DNA of 64,000 nucleotides from Candidatus Levyibacteriota bacterium (GTDB lineage Bacteria; Patescibacteriota; Microgenomatia; Levybacterales; UBA12049): NCBI GenBank assembly GCA_038253825.1, contig JBBSGT010000001.1, positions 11,819 to 75,818 of the forward strand, read 5' to 3'. Shown piece by piece: positions 9,184 to 19,409 of this stretch (position 1 is its first letter; each line of letters starts with the position of its first letter). The notes under the pieces were generated by a model. It saw only the letters and a program-made list of their open reading frames with translations, ran no database searches and was not told where the DNA came from. The position numbers and the translations under genes were made by a program.

Positions 9184-9963
9184 ATGAATGAAATAACAAA
9201 ACCAATACAGCAAGCAAGAAATCATCTCATGCGTAAAGTTCCTGAAGTAACAATCTATTTCTGGATTATTAAATTGCTGACAACAGGGATGGGAGAGACT
9301 ATATCTGATTTTCTTGTTCGAAAAATAGATCCAGTCATTGCAGTTGTCCTAGGAGCAATAGCTCTCGCTGTTGCCTTAATTCTGCAATTTCGAGCAAAAA
9401 AATATATTACATGGATTTATTGGCTAGCAGTCGCGATGGTTGCGATTTTCGGGACAATGGTTGCTGATGTCCTGCACATCGGATTGGGTATCCCGTATCT
9501 TGTCTCTTCAATATTTTTTGCAATTGCGCTCGCTATTATTTTCTTTACTTGGTATAAATTTGAAGGAACACTTTCTATCCACAGTATCACAACACATCGT
9601 CGAGAATTCTTTTATTGGGCTACTGTGATGGCAACTTTTGCTTTGGGAACGGCTGCAGGAGATATGACAGCGACAACATTGCAATTGGGCTATTTTGATT
9701 CTGGCATTTTATTTGCTCTTTTATTTGCATTACCGGCAATTGCCTACTGGAAATTTGGGATGAATGAAATCTTCACATTTTGGTTTGCTTATATTATTAC
9801 CAGACCACTGGGAGCTTCGTTTGCAGATTGGATTGGTCGACCTACAAATCTTAGCGGTGTCGGATTTGGAACAGGACAGATAAGTTTGGTACTTGCGATT
9901 TTGATTAGTATCCTAGTCATTTATTTAAGCATAACACGAAAAGATAGTAGACGTGTAAAATGA
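9184..9963 (+). CDS. Integral membrane protein, paralog of 7451..8248
   Basis: 259 aa. 'VPEVTIYFWIIKLLTTGMGETISDF', 'FALGTAAGDMTATT' and 'ITRPLGASFADW' mirror the upstream paralog. Confidence 0.6.
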   Translation: MNEITKPIQQARNHLMRKVPEVTIYFWIIKLLTTGMGETISDFLVRKIDPVIAVVLGAIALAVALILQFRAKKYITWIYWLAVAMVAIFGTMVADVLHIGLGIPYLVSSIFFAIALAIIFFTWYKFEGTLSIHSITTHRREFFYWATVMATFALGTAAGDMTATTLQLGYFDSGILFALLFALPAIAYWKFGMNEIFTFWFAYIITRPLGASFADWIGRPTNLSGVGFGTGQISLVLAILISILVIYLSITRKDSRRVK

Positions 9964-10123
9964 TGAGTACCCAACATATGAGAGGGTGATTCTTACACAG
10001 TTTCTGCATAATTATGCTATCTTACTTAAACAAGAAAAGTCAATTCCAGCATTTAGATAATCGTATTATATGAGAAATGCATAAGCATTGTATTTTGATA
10101 TAATGTGAATTAAGTAATCAAAT

Positions 10124-10825
10124 ATGAATAGTAAAATAATTACATTTGTTTCAAATATTCCCGGCTGGCTCACGATTAAAGAAGCACAATTTTTGGAAAC
10201 AATTGTTTTACGCACAGAGAAAAGGAAAGGGGAGATTGTTGAAATAGGCAGTTTTTGTGGTAAATCAACCATATGTCTTGCGCAATCTTTGGGAAGGGTA
10301 TATGCAGTTGACCCACATAAAGGCAATGTGGGCGATGGATTAACATTTGCTTCTACATTTGCATCATTCAAAAAAAATATAAAATTTGCCAAGGTTGCTG
10401 ATAAAATTCTACCTGTTGTTTCCACTTCAGAAGACGCAGCAAAGAAGTGGAACAAGAAAATTAGAGCACTTTTTATTGATGGGTTACATGATTATGAACA
10501 TGCGGAACAGGATTTTGATTTATGGAGCAAGTATGTTGTGGATGGTGGAATTGTTGCGGTTCATGATTCCTTTTTACGTTGGTGTGGTTCAGAAAAAATG
10601 GCCCTCCAAAAAATTGTATTATCAAAAGACTTTTACAAAATTGGTGTCGTTGGTTCGATAACATATGGTATTAAAGGGAAAGGGAACCTCTTTTCGAAAA
10701 TAGAAAAAAAGCTTGTACAAACTTATATTCTTTTCGCAGTACATTTAAATCACCTAAGAATCGTCTTAATGAATTTACCTGAATTACGTTATAAATTTGC
10801 AGCCAAATATGGGACTTCTCAATAG
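10124..10825 (+). CDS. Class I SAM-dependent methyltransferase (Methyltransf_24/CmcI-like O-methyltransferase fold)
   Basis: 233 aa. 'GWLTIKEAQFL...IVEIGSFCGKSTICLA' (motif I), 'RVYAVDPH' and 'ALFIDGLHDYEHAEQDFDLW...GGIVAVHD'. Confidence 0.6.
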   Translation: MNSKIITFVSNIPGWLTIKEAQFLETIVLRTEKRKGEIVEIGSFCGKSTICLAQSLGRVYAVDPHKGNVGDGLTFASTFASFKKNIKFAKVADKILPVVSTSEDAAKKWNKKIRALFIDGLHDYEHAEQDFDLWSKYVVDGGIVAVHDSFLRWCGSEKMALQKIVLSKDFYKIGVVGSITYGIKGKGNLFSKIEKKLVQTYILFAVHLNHLRIVLMNLPELRYKFAAKYGTSQ

Positions 10826-10874
10826 CCCACGTTCTTGACTTTAGTTAGGTATATTTACTATCCTTAAAAGAGGT

Positions 10875-11180
10875 ATGTCTTCACAAGCTTCATTTTATTA
10901 TTACTTCTTTTCCGCTTTGATGTTTCCATTTATTATATTAATGTTTCTTTTACTTGTGGGTGGATTGCACAAGCAAAATCGTCTGATTTATAACTTTATC
11001 TTAAGAAATATTCTTGCCTTCATATTTTATATCATACTCGTATGGCGAATATATAATGCGTATTTAAATCATGATGCGTTTTCTTTCTATTATATCCTGG
11101 GTACGGGAGTTTTCTTTTTTATAATGTTTATCTATGTTAACAAGATTTTAGAAAACAAACCCTCTAAAAAATCTAAGTAA
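10875..11180 (+). CDS. Small hydrophobic membrane protein (hypothetical)
   Basis: 101-aa ORF with 3 predicted TM helices. No motif. Confidence 0.3.
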   Translation: MSSQASFYYYFFSALMFPFIILMFLLLVGGLHKQNRLIYNFILRNILAFIFYIILVWRIYNAYLNHDAFSFYYILGTGVFFFIMFIYVNKILENKPSKKSK

Positions 11181-11187
11181 TACAACT

Positions 11188-12267
11188 TTACTTATTTTCT
11201 TTTATCATTCTGATAATTCCCGCAGCTCCATCGACTTCTACCAATGTTCCATCTTTCCAAAGATTGGTTGCGTTTTCTATTCCAGCAACGCAGGGGAGTC
11301 CGTATTCTCTTGCAACGAGTGCTCCATGTTGCAATGTTCCACCGATTTCCAAAATGAGTGCGCCTGCATTAACAAATAATGGTGTCCATCCTGGGTCCGT
11401 TGCCCGCGCGACAAGAATTTCTCCTTTTTTAAGTGGTTTTTCATCTGCTTGATGAAGTACCTTGATACGCCCACGGTAAACTCCCCGTGATATTGGGTTG
11501 CCTTTCACTTCGTGTTTGCCACCCCCACGACTGGGAGGTCTCAGAATAAGCCCTCGTGAATCGATAAGTGTCGGGAGATTAGGAATCTTTGCAAGTTGAT
11601 CAATCTCTTGTTGATTCACTTTTACTCGGCCAAGCAGATTGAAAGTTGCGTCATGTTTGGCTTGGTCAAGTTCTTCTAGGGTGAGAGAGAACACTTGATC
11701 AATTGATTCTAAGCGTTTTTCGCTTACGAATGCTTCCCCTTGTCCAACTATCTTTTGCCGTAGCAAATCAGTAACAAAGACTAAATATAATTTGTGTGTT
11801 TCGCGGTAACCCGCGAATGTTTGATGGATTTTATAGTAAAAAGCGAAGCGTTTTGCTTCCGAGTCATTTCTTTTTTGCATTTCCTGATAGATTTTTTTAA
11901 AAATCTTTTCATTTTCCAGTTGGCGCTCATCAAAATTTTCCTGAGGATTGTCTTTTGATGTATGCATTGTCAATAGCAGATTTATAATAAGTCCTGGCTC
12001 ATCTTGATATCGAGGAGCGGCGACATCTATCTCTTGCGGTCCTCGAAAACCATAGTCATGCATGAACTCCTGCCAGGCAGATAAAAAGGCTTGGGGTAAT
12101 GTTTGATGCTTAATGCCTGCTTCCAATTCTTTCTGATTTATCTTTTCAGGTAATAGCTTGGATATGCTGAAGAGTACTAATCCCATTTCTGTCGTGACAT
12201 TGTTGGGCAAGGCAATTTCTAAAGGTTCCAATTCATTTTCTAAATCTTTGCCAACTATTTTTTTCAT
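11188..12267 (-). CDS. PEP-utilizing enzyme, C-terminal part (phospho-histidine swivel 'mobile' domain); probable 3' portion of a split rifampin-phosphotransferase/PpsA-like gene
   Basis: 359 aa. Its C-terminus 'GNPISRGVYRGRIKVL...GEILVARATDPGWTPLFVNAGALILEIGGTLQHGALVAREYGLPCVAG' matches the PEP-utilizers mobile domain, including the catalytic His. Its start overlaps the stop of the upstream ORF at a G8 tract. Confidence 0.75.
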   Translation of the reverse strand: MKKIVGKDLENELEPLEIALPNNVTTEMGLVLFSISKLLPEKINQKELEAGIKHQTLPQAFLSAWQEFMHDYGFRGPQEIDVAAPRYQDEPGLIINLLLTMHTSKDNPQENFDERQLENEKIFKKIYQEMQKRNDSEAKRFAFYYKIHQTFAGYRETHKLYLVFVTDLLRQKIVGQGEAFVSEKRLESIDQVFSLTLEELDQAKHDATFNLLGRVKVNQQEIDQLAKIPNLPTLIDSRGLILRPPSRGGGKHEVKGNPISRGVYRGRIKVLHQADEKPLKKGEILVARATDPGWTPLFVNAGALILEIGGTLQHGALVAREYGLPCVAGIENATNLWKDGTLVEVDGAAGIIRMIKENK

Positions 12268-13814
12268 TCCCCCCCCATTGCTCTTTTGCCAATGATAAAA
12301 AGGGGAACAGTATGTAAAAAAACGTCATTGATAAGTGTTTGCATCAGTTTCTTCGTTAAGAGCGTCAGGGGTATATCCTCATGGACTAATTGTTGCGCTT
12401 TCTCGCGAAATTTCTGCATTTGTTGCTGTGTTATCTGGTGAGTTTGATCGGGATTTGTTCTTGCCCGGCGAATCTTGTTGAGAATATACGGAAGTTTTAG
12501 TACGATGCCAAAAGGGAGTAACAGCATTTTATTTTGCGAAGAACTATATTCATTTTCATTGATGGTTTCTATCGTTTTTGCGGCCAGCGGATCCATGATA
12601 GTTGCAAAGTTAGCGAACTTCTTTTTACCAACAAGGTTTAGAAGATTAGAAAGGTTGAGATAGAGACGACCTGGTGCGATCCATGGTAAGGCTTCATTGA
12701 TATTTTTTGTTAAATCCCGCATGAACACTGTCTTCGTAATAACACCCATTGCAACCGCGAAAAAAGAAGTACCTGTTACTGAAAGTGGCTGATAAAGTCC
12801 TTGAATACTGATGGTAGCATCAAGATAAAGGCGTTTCTTCTCAGATGGGTCGGTCAGCATAGATTTGGGTAAGGGAATATAAGTAGTGATTGGACGCGCT
12901 TGCAAGAGAAAAAGTTTTTCTTTTTCATAAGCCCATTCGATATCAATTGGTTTTTGGTAGAGTTCTTCGACTTGTTTGATTAACGTTGTCAATTCTCCAA
13001 CTTGTTTATCAGAAAGAGTAAAGGTATCATGCACAATGTCCTCTTTTTGCTTTGTACCACCACCACTTGTTAAATAAATTGCTTGTTCTTTTTTACCAAG
13101 TTGTTTCTTAACAATTTTTAGATCTATTTTATTTACCGTATACGTGTCAGGTGTGGTTGTGGTTGTGCCGGCGACGACAGTTTCACCAAGTCCCCAGTTA
13201 GCATTAAAAACTGCTTCATCATAGTTATTTGTCACAGGATTGAACGAAAATCCGACACCGGCTATTTCGCTTGCAATTTGCTCCTGAATAATAACTGCAA
13301 TTTTAGGATTTTTCGTGTCAAATCTATTCGCTAGTTTATAGACAGCGACGCGATAATCCAGGCAAGATGCAAATGCTTTTTTAATTGCTTTGTTCAGTTC
13401 AGATTTTGGCACGCCAAGAACTGTTTCATAGCCACCAGCAAACGATGAACCTTCTAAATCTTCTTCAGGTGAAGAAGACCGGACAGCAAAGACAGATTTT
13501 TGGTCATAGTTCGCCAGTACATTTGAGATTGCTTGCTCTTGATCTTTTGTGAAATTGAGTTGTGTGGCTTGCTGCTTAAGTAGCTTACAGATATTTTCTA
13601 ATTCTTCTGGTTTTGCTTTGAGAAATTCAGACCAGGTTTTTGTTTTTTGCAATTCTTCCCACCAAGGAGTAAAGAATGAAACTGACAGAATAAATCCTGG
13701 CGGGACGGGTAAGCCTGCTTGACTACCAAGGATGAGAGAATAACCCTTGCCTCCAACTTCTGAAATTTCCGCGGAATTTGTATCAGGAAACAAGTAAATT
13801 GATTGACTTATCAT
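12264..13814 (-). CDS. PEP-utilizing enzyme, N-terminal part (PPDK_N ATP-grasp nucleotide-binding domain)
   Basis: 516 aa. 'EVGGKGYSLILGSQAGLPVPPGFILSVSFF' is typical of the pyruvate-phosphate-dikinase/PEP-synthase/RPH N-terminal domain. No PEP/pyruvate TIM-barrel domain is present in either ORF. Confidence 0.75.
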   Translation of the reverse strand: MISQSIYLFPDTNSAEISEVGGKGYSLILGSQAGLPVPPGFILSVSFFTPWWEELQKTKTWSEFLKAKPEELENICKLLKQQATQLNFTKDQEQAISNVLANYDQKSVFAVRSSSPEEDLEGSSFAGGYETVLGVPKSELNKAIKKAFASCLDYRVAVYKLANRFDTKNPKIAVIIQEQIASEIAGVGFSFNPVTNNYDEAVFNANWGLGETVVAGTTTTTPDTYTVNKIDLKIVKKQLGKKEQAIYLTSGGGTKQKEDIVHDTFTLSDKQVGELTTLIKQVEELYQKPIDIEWAYEKEKLFLLQARPITTYIPLPKSMLTDPSEKKRLYLDATISIQGLYQPLSVTGTSFFAVAMGVITKTVFMRDLTKNINEALPWIAPGRLYLNLSNLLNLVGKKKFANFATIMDPLAAKTIETINENEYSSSQNKMLLLPFGIVLKLPYILNKIRRARTNPDQTHQITQQQMQKFREKAQQLVHEDIPLTLLTKKLMQTLINDVFLHTVPLFIIGKRAMGGE

Positions 13815-13892
13815 AAATTTATAATAGAGACTCTGGTTATATCTTCATAGTCTTTTGCACAAGGTGATTCCATCACACCTGTAACATGTCTT

Positions 13893-14927
13893 TTAGAAAT
13901 TTGTTTCTCCTATTACAGAATAATCAACACTCTCCTGATTATAAACTTGCTTGGGAATAAAGTAATAAGAATCAGATAAAAAGTAATTATGATCAAACGT
14001 TTGCATCAATTGTTGGGGTGTAACTCGTTTAAATTGATTCAAATAACTAATTACCTCAGTCTTTGTTAGCGGATTTGTTTTACTACTGGTAATTCTTATT
14101 AATGTATTCTCAAACATCACGTAGTATTCAACAAAATATGGGTTGTTCTTGTCGGTATAAAGATGATGGTTTTGCCCGAAATTACCCAGGTCCACACATA
14201 CAGATATTCCACATCTGCTAGGTGGATATGTCATAGGATCTGCTACAAAATTTTCATTAATAGCGATATTATCTTCTGTCACAAAACGAATATTTTGTTT
14301 TGATGGATCCCAAAAGAAATGTTGAACTAAATATTTTTTTGTTGGTATAGCATCGGTAAAATAAATTGGGAACTGGAAAATTGTCACCAAACTATTTGCG
14401 GCTTGTGTCTGTTTGTCACTATTCTCAGAGAGACGTTGATTTATTTGAAAACCGACAAACAGTATTAATAGAATTGGAAGTACAAGCCAAACTATCTTTC
14501 GACGATTATTCAAAAAGTAATAAAGAAGCAGTACAAAGACACCTATACCCACACCCACCGGGTAGGTAACAAGTGTTTGGCCCAGCTCGGTTATATTATA
14601 AGAAGCCGCAATAATAACTAGGAGCATTGCTATAAGAGCAAGCGGTGGTGATTGCCAACCTAATTCTCTTAACACAAAGGTACCGACAATAAACCAAATA
14701 ATAAATGCCAACGCATTCACGCCAGCGAAAAGTAATGAACCTGAATCACTGCGTATCAGCGAAGAGAAATGTACTGCAAATGTCGTTAAAAGTGTCAATA
14801 GAAAAAGCAGAAAGAGTGATATAAAAAGAGCTCCGAAGAGAGCTGTGGGAGGATTTCTTCGCCAAGGACCGGGAGGTGCCTCAGCAACTATATCTGTAAG
14901 TTTATTACCGACAATTTTTTTAGGCAT
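13893..14927 (-). CDS. Hypothetical polytopic membrane protein with C-terminal soluble domain
   Basis: 344 aa with 5 or more N-terminal TM helices. It is divergent from mutS. The start codon is uncertain. Confidence 0.4.
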   Translation of the reverse strand: MPKKIVGNKLTDIVAEAPPGPWRRNPPTALFGALFISLFLLFLLTLLTTFAVHFSSLIRSDSGSLLFAGVNALAFIIWFIVGTFVLRELGWQSPPLALIAMLLVIIAASYNITELGQTLVTYPVGVGIGVFVLLLYYFLNNRRKIVWLVLPILLILFVGFQINQRLSENSDKQTQAANSLVTIFQFPIYFTDAIPTKKYLVQHFFWDPSKQNIRFVTEDNIAINENFVADPMTYPPSRCGISVCVDLGNFGQNHHLYTDKNNPYFVEYYVMFENTLIRITSSKTNPLTKTEVISYLNQFKRVTPQQLMQTFDHNYFLSDSYYFIPKQVYNQESVDYSVIGETNF

Positions 14928-15021
14928 CTATTTAAGCGTAAGTAATAGCAACTTTGAAGTCAAGTGTGAAAAAAATTCTTTGAATCTTTGGGAAAAAACT
15001 AGTATAGTAAGAGCATCACAT

Positions 15022-17688
15022 ATGCAAGAAGATTTTACGACACCGATGATGAAGCAGTACAGCGGCATCAAGAAAAATTATCAGGATTGCTTACTTTTTT
15101 ATCGCATGGGAGATTTTTATGAGTTGTTTCTTGAGGATGCTCATATTGGTGCACGGGTATTAAATATTACCTTGACCGGCAAGGCAAATGGAAAAGGTGG
15201 TCGGATTCCGATGGCTGGAGTGCCATATCATGCAGTTGATCCCTATCTTGCCAAACTTGTGAAAGCAGGTTATAAAGTTGCAATTTGTGAACAGTTGTCA
15301 CCACCCAACAAAAAAGGATTAGTTGAGCGTGACGTTGTGCGCATAGTGACCCCGGGCACGATGATGGATGAGAAAGCACTGGAGAAAAAAGAAAATAACT
15401 ACATTGTCAGTTTACTTTTCAATATAAATAACGTTGCATTTGCAATCTCTGATATATCCACCGGTTATTTCTCAACAACTGAAATTATAACTGACAATAG
15501 TGCTCAAGTAGTCGCAGACGAATTTGCACGAATTCAGCCGAAAGAATGTATTTTATCTGAAAAAGATTATAATAATCCAGAAATTCTTACGCTGTTAAAG
15601 CGAGAAAATAACCTCAATATTTTTCCATTTGTTGACTGGGAGGAGTATGCCGGCAATGCGAAGAGAATTTTGAAAGAACATTTTGCCGTAGGGACACTGG
15701 CTGGATTTGCACTCGAGGATAAAAAAATGGCACAACAATCAGCAGCTGTACTTCTCGGTTATCTCCAACAAACACAAAAAACACCAGTGCAACACATTAA
15801 AAAGATTTCATCATATGGTACAAAAAATTATCTCCAACTTGATCGGTCTACTATGCTTAATCTAGAACTTTTTTCGACCATCAGAGAACATGAAACAAGT
15901 GGTACACTACTTTCTGTCGTAGATCAGACGGTAACTGCTATGGGAGGAAGGTTACTGAGGTCTTGGATGAAAAAACCTTTATTGGAAAAGACTGAGATCG
16001 AAAAGCGACATGAATCAGTTGCAGAGTTACTTAGGAAGCAACGAATGCGTAATGATCTTCGTGAATACTTAAAGGAGGTAAGTGATATTGAAAGATTATT
16101 ATCCCGTTGTTCAGTTGGACTTGGCAATGCGAGAGATTTAATCAATCTGAAACATTCACTCAACATAGTCTTGGAAATTAAAAAAGTATTAGAAACATAT
16201 GACAGCGAATTGATTAACGAGCTGCAAAAAAGAATAAAAATTTCTGAGAAAAAGTCTGATATGCATTTAGAAACATTGGACAACATCATTGCTTATCTTG
16301 AAAAGCGAATTGTTACAGAACCACCAATTAGTATTCGAGAAGGAGGAATGATTAATCAAGGTATTGATAGTGAGTTAGATAATTTGGGACAAATAGTTTC
16401 AGGTAGTAGGGACTGGATTGTGGAACTTGAACAAAAAGAACGAAAGAGAACAGGTATTAATTCTCTCAAAGTTCGATTCAATCAAATATTTGGTTTTTAT
16501 ATTGAGGTCAGTAAATCAAATCTCAACTCGGTTCCCACAAGTTATACTCGAAAACAAACATTGGTAAATGCCGAGCGGTTCATAACTGCAGAGTTAAAGG
16601 TGCAAGAGGAAATTATTCTCAGTGCTGAAGAAAAAATGCATGATATTGAATATCGTTTATTTCAGGAAACCCTGAAAAATTTACTGGACCATGTTTCCAT
16701 AATTCAAGAAGCAGCGATGAGTATTGCGGCGATTGATTGTTTAGTGAATTTTGCACAAATTGCTGAGAAACGAAATTATGTCAAGCCTGAAATGAGAGAC
16801 TCAGAGGAAATATCCATTCATGAAGGAAGACATCCTGTGGTTGAGACACTCCTTGAGAACAAACAATTTGTACCAAACGATGTTTCATTTGCACCAGACA
16901 ATCAGCAATTACTGCTGATAACCGGCCCAAACATGGCCGGGAAATCTGTCTTTATTCGTCAGAATGCACTCATCATCCTTATGGCGCAAATGGGATCTTT
17001 TGTGCCAGCAAAACAAGCACAGCTTAGTATCGTTGATCAGATCTTTGTGAGGTCTGGAGCATCAGATGTCATTACTTCAGGTTTATCAACGTTTATGGTA
17101 GAAATGGTTGAGACCGCTCATATTCTGAATCACGCAACGGACAAAAGTTTTATTGTGATGGATGAAATCGGTCGGGGAACGAGTACTTATGATGGTATTA
17201 GCATTGCATGGGCGGTTGCTGAATATTTGGTTTCGTGCAAAAATACTAGCCCTAAAACGTTATTTGCAACGCATTATCACGAATTACAAGTTTTGGAAGA
17301 TCAATATCCTCAGCAAATTCACAATTATCATATGGCAGTTTCGAATGCAGATGGCGGACCGGTTTTTCTTCATACAATATTACCAGGTGGTGCTTCTCAT
17401 AGTTTTGGTGTAGCAGTTGCAAAATTAGCGGGTATTCCTGAATCAGTAATAATACGTGCTAATGAAATATTGGAGGAACTCGAAGAACGAAGTTTAGAAA
17501 AAGAAACGATAGGAGTGTATCCACAACCGCAACAAATCGAACTCATTGATCATCTGATTCATAAAGAATTAGAACAGCTTGATCTCTCCCAAATGACACC
17601 ATTGGAAGCGTTAAATAAACTAGCAGAGTTTAAAGAAAAATTAAAATTCTTAGCTCAAGAGAATAAAAAATATTTGGAAGTAGATTAA
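15022..17688 (+). CDS. mutS: DNA mismatch repair protein MutS
   Basis: The start is taken at the internal ATG (MQEDFTTPMMKQYSGIKKNY...). It has the mismatch-binding 'MGDFYELF' region, Walker A 'GPNMAGKS', 'STFMVEM', 'DEIGRGTSTYDG' and 'THYHEL'. Confidence 0.9.
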   Translation: MQEDFTTPMMKQYSGIKKNYQDCLLFYRMGDFYELFLEDAHIGARVLNITLTGKANGKGGRIPMAGVPYHAVDPYLAKLVKAGYKVAICEQLSPPNKKGLVERDVVRIVTPGTMMDEKALEKKENNYIVSLLFNINNVAFAISDISTGYFSTTEIITDNSAQVVADEFARIQPKECILSEKDYNNPEILTLLKRENNLNIFPFVDWEEYAGNAKRILKEHFAVGTLAGFALEDKKMAQQSAAVLLGYLQQTQKTPVQHIKKISSYGTKNYLQLDRSTMLNLELFSTIREHETSGTLLSVVDQTVTAMGGRLLRSWMKKPLLEKTEIEKRHESVAELLRKQRMRNDLREYLKEVSDIERLLSRCSVGLGNARDLINLKHSLNIVLEIKKVLETYDSELINELQKRIKISEKKSDMHLETLDNIIAYLEKRIVTEPPISIREGGMINQGIDSELDNLGQIVSGSRDWIVELEQKERKRTGINSLKVRFNQIFGFYIEVSKSNLNSVPTSYTRKQTLVNAERFITAELKVQEEIILSAEEKMHDIEYRLFQETLKNLLDHVSIIQEAAMSIAAIDCLVNFAQIAEKRNYVKPEMRDSEEISIHEGRHPVVETLLENKQFVPNDVSFAPDNQQLLLITGPNMAGKSVFIRQNALIILMAQMGSFVPAKQAQLSIVDQIFVRSGASDVITSGLSTFMVEMVETAHILNHATDKSFIVMDEIGRGTSTYDGISIAWAVAEYLVSCKNTSPKTLFATHYHELQVLEDQYPQQIHNYHMAVSNADGGPVFLHTILPGGASHSFGVAVAKLAGIPESVIIRANEILEELEERSLEKETIGVYPQPQQIELIDHLIHKELEQLDLSQMTPLEALNKLAEFKEKLKFLAQENKKYLEVD

Positions 17689-17698
17689 TTAAACTAAT

Positions 17699-19408
17699 AT
17701 GCGTAAAATATATCCGTTAGATCCTCAGATTGTTTCTAAAATTGCAGCGGGAGAAGTCATTGAACGGCCGGTATATGCAGTTAAAGAATTAGTCGAAAAT
17801 GCACTTGATGCGAGAGCAGAGAACATTACTATCCATATCGAAGAAAGCGGATTGAAAAAGATAATAATGATTGATAATGGGGAAGGGATGAGTAAAGAAG
17901 ATTTGCTGGAATGTTTTAAAGCACATACGACAAGTAAATTACAAAATGAAGAATCACTTACCAGCATTCAAACGTTAGGTTTTCGCGGTGAAGCACTAGC
18001 AAGTATTGCCGCAATTAGTAAGGTAACAATTGCCAGTAAAGTCGCTGGTGAAACTGCGGGAACAAGCATCTCCATAAAAAATGGGACAGTTGAAAAAGAG
18101 AAACCGATTGGCATGCCGACAGGGACACAAATTACTGTTGATTATCTTTTTCATGCAGTTCCTGCCCGGAAAAATTTTTTAAAATCTCAGCGGACAGAAT
18201 TTAGTCTTATTCTTGAATTAATTTCTCATTATGCACTCGTTTATCCCTCAGTCAATTTTGTCCTAGTACATAACAATAAGACAGTGTTAGATCTTCCAAA
18301 AGTATCAGAAAGGATTGATCGGATTGAAAAACTTCTTGGAAAAGAAATTTATCAAGCGCTTTTGCCGGTCGATTATAAAGATGCTTATGTTACGATTTCC
18401 GGCTTTATTGTGAAGCCATCCTTGACAACTCGTACACCGATTAAACAATTTCTTTTCGTCAACCAAAGACAAATTCGTGATAAAAATTTGTCTTTAAAAA
18501 TTAAAGCTTCGTATGGAACGCTTTTAGAGAATGCAGTTTATCCAATTTGCATTTTATATTTCTCCATACCATGTGAAATGGTTGATGTTAATGTCCATCC
18601 ACGTAAAGAGGAAGTACGATTTAGTAACCAGCAATCTGTTTATGACGCAGTTGAAAAAATAATCAAAGAAACTTTTGCAAATAATGTTTTGGCAACGAAT
18701 TCTTATTGGGATTCTGCTTCACCATTTAATGGATTAGGACTTCATGATGCTTCGAGTGGAACGACTTCTTATGCGGGTAAACTAATGAAAGAAAAGAAGT
18801 TTCCATGGGAATTAAATCTCGAAACAAAACCTGATACAACAGACATTTTACAAATCAATAAACTGTATTTACTGATATCTACTCAGCGCGGTTTTGTTAT
18901 CATTGATCAACATGCTGCACATGAGCGGATTAGATATGAACAATTATTGGATGAGTTTACTAGTGAAAACAATAAAAGAAATATTTTTTATTTCCCTAAA
19001 CCTGGAATTTTTGAGCTCAGTCTATCTGAAAGCGAGCTGCTGCATCATTACCTACCACTTTTTCACGATTTAGGATGGGGAATTGAACATTTTAGAGGAA
19101 GATCATTTCTTCTCACAAGTATCCCGGTTTTGTTCCAAGACCAAAACTACGTTCAATTATTACAAGAGATGTTAGAAGATATTAGAGAGAATGAAAAGCC
19201 CCAAGCACTTAATGCTCGTAGTAAAAAAATGCTGGCATATCTTGCTTGTCACAGCTCTGTCAGAGCTGGTGATAGTTTGACAAGAGAACAGGCAAGAGAA
19301 TTGGTTGAACAATTGGTAAAAACCCCAAACAATGCGACCTGTCCACATGGACGGCCAACGCAAGTTATGATACAAAGAGAAATGCTTGATAAACTATTTA
19401 AACGCTAA
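17699..19408 (+). CDS. mutL: DNA mismatch repair protein MutL
   Basis: 569 aa. The GHKL ATPase N-terminus 'IAAGEVIERPVYAVKELVENALDA' and the 'DQHAAHERIRYE' dimerisation region. It is 10 bp downstream of mutS. Confidence 0.9.
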   Translation: MRKIYPLDPQIVSKIAAGEVIERPVYAVKELVENALDARAENITIHIEESGLKKIIMIDNGEGMSKEDLLECFKAHTTSKLQNEESLTSIQTLGFRGEALASIAAISKVTIASKVAGETAGTSISIKNGTVEKEKPIGMPTGTQITVDYLFHAVPARKNFLKSQRTEFSLILELISHYALVYPSVNFVLVHNNKTVLDLPKVSERIDRIEKLLGKEIYQALLPVDYKDAYVTISGFIVKPSLTTRTPIKQFLFVNQRQIRDKNLSLKIKASYGTLLENAVYPICILYFSIPCEMVDVNVHPRKEEVRFSNQQSVYDAVEKIIKETFANNVLATNSYWDSASPFNGLGLHDASSGTTSYAGKLMKEKKFPWELNLETKPDTTDILQINKLYLLISTQRGFVIIDQHAAHERIRYEQLLDEFTSENNKRNIFYFPKPGIFELSLSESELLHHYLPLFHDLGWGIEHFRGRSFLLTSIPVLFQDQNYVQLLQEMLEDIRENEKPQALNARSKKMLAYLACHSSVRAGDSLTREQARELVEQLVKTPNNATCPHGRPTQVMIQREMLDKLFKR

Positions 19409-19409
19409 T

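Noticed and set aside
15924..16289. Antisense or alternative-frame ORFs within mutS (15167..15379, 15924..16289, 17162..17413), mutL (17725..17967, 19172..19375) and the Sat/CysC gene (20334..20738, 20801..21076).
   Set aside because: They are embedded in well-supported conserved genes and are short with no motif content.
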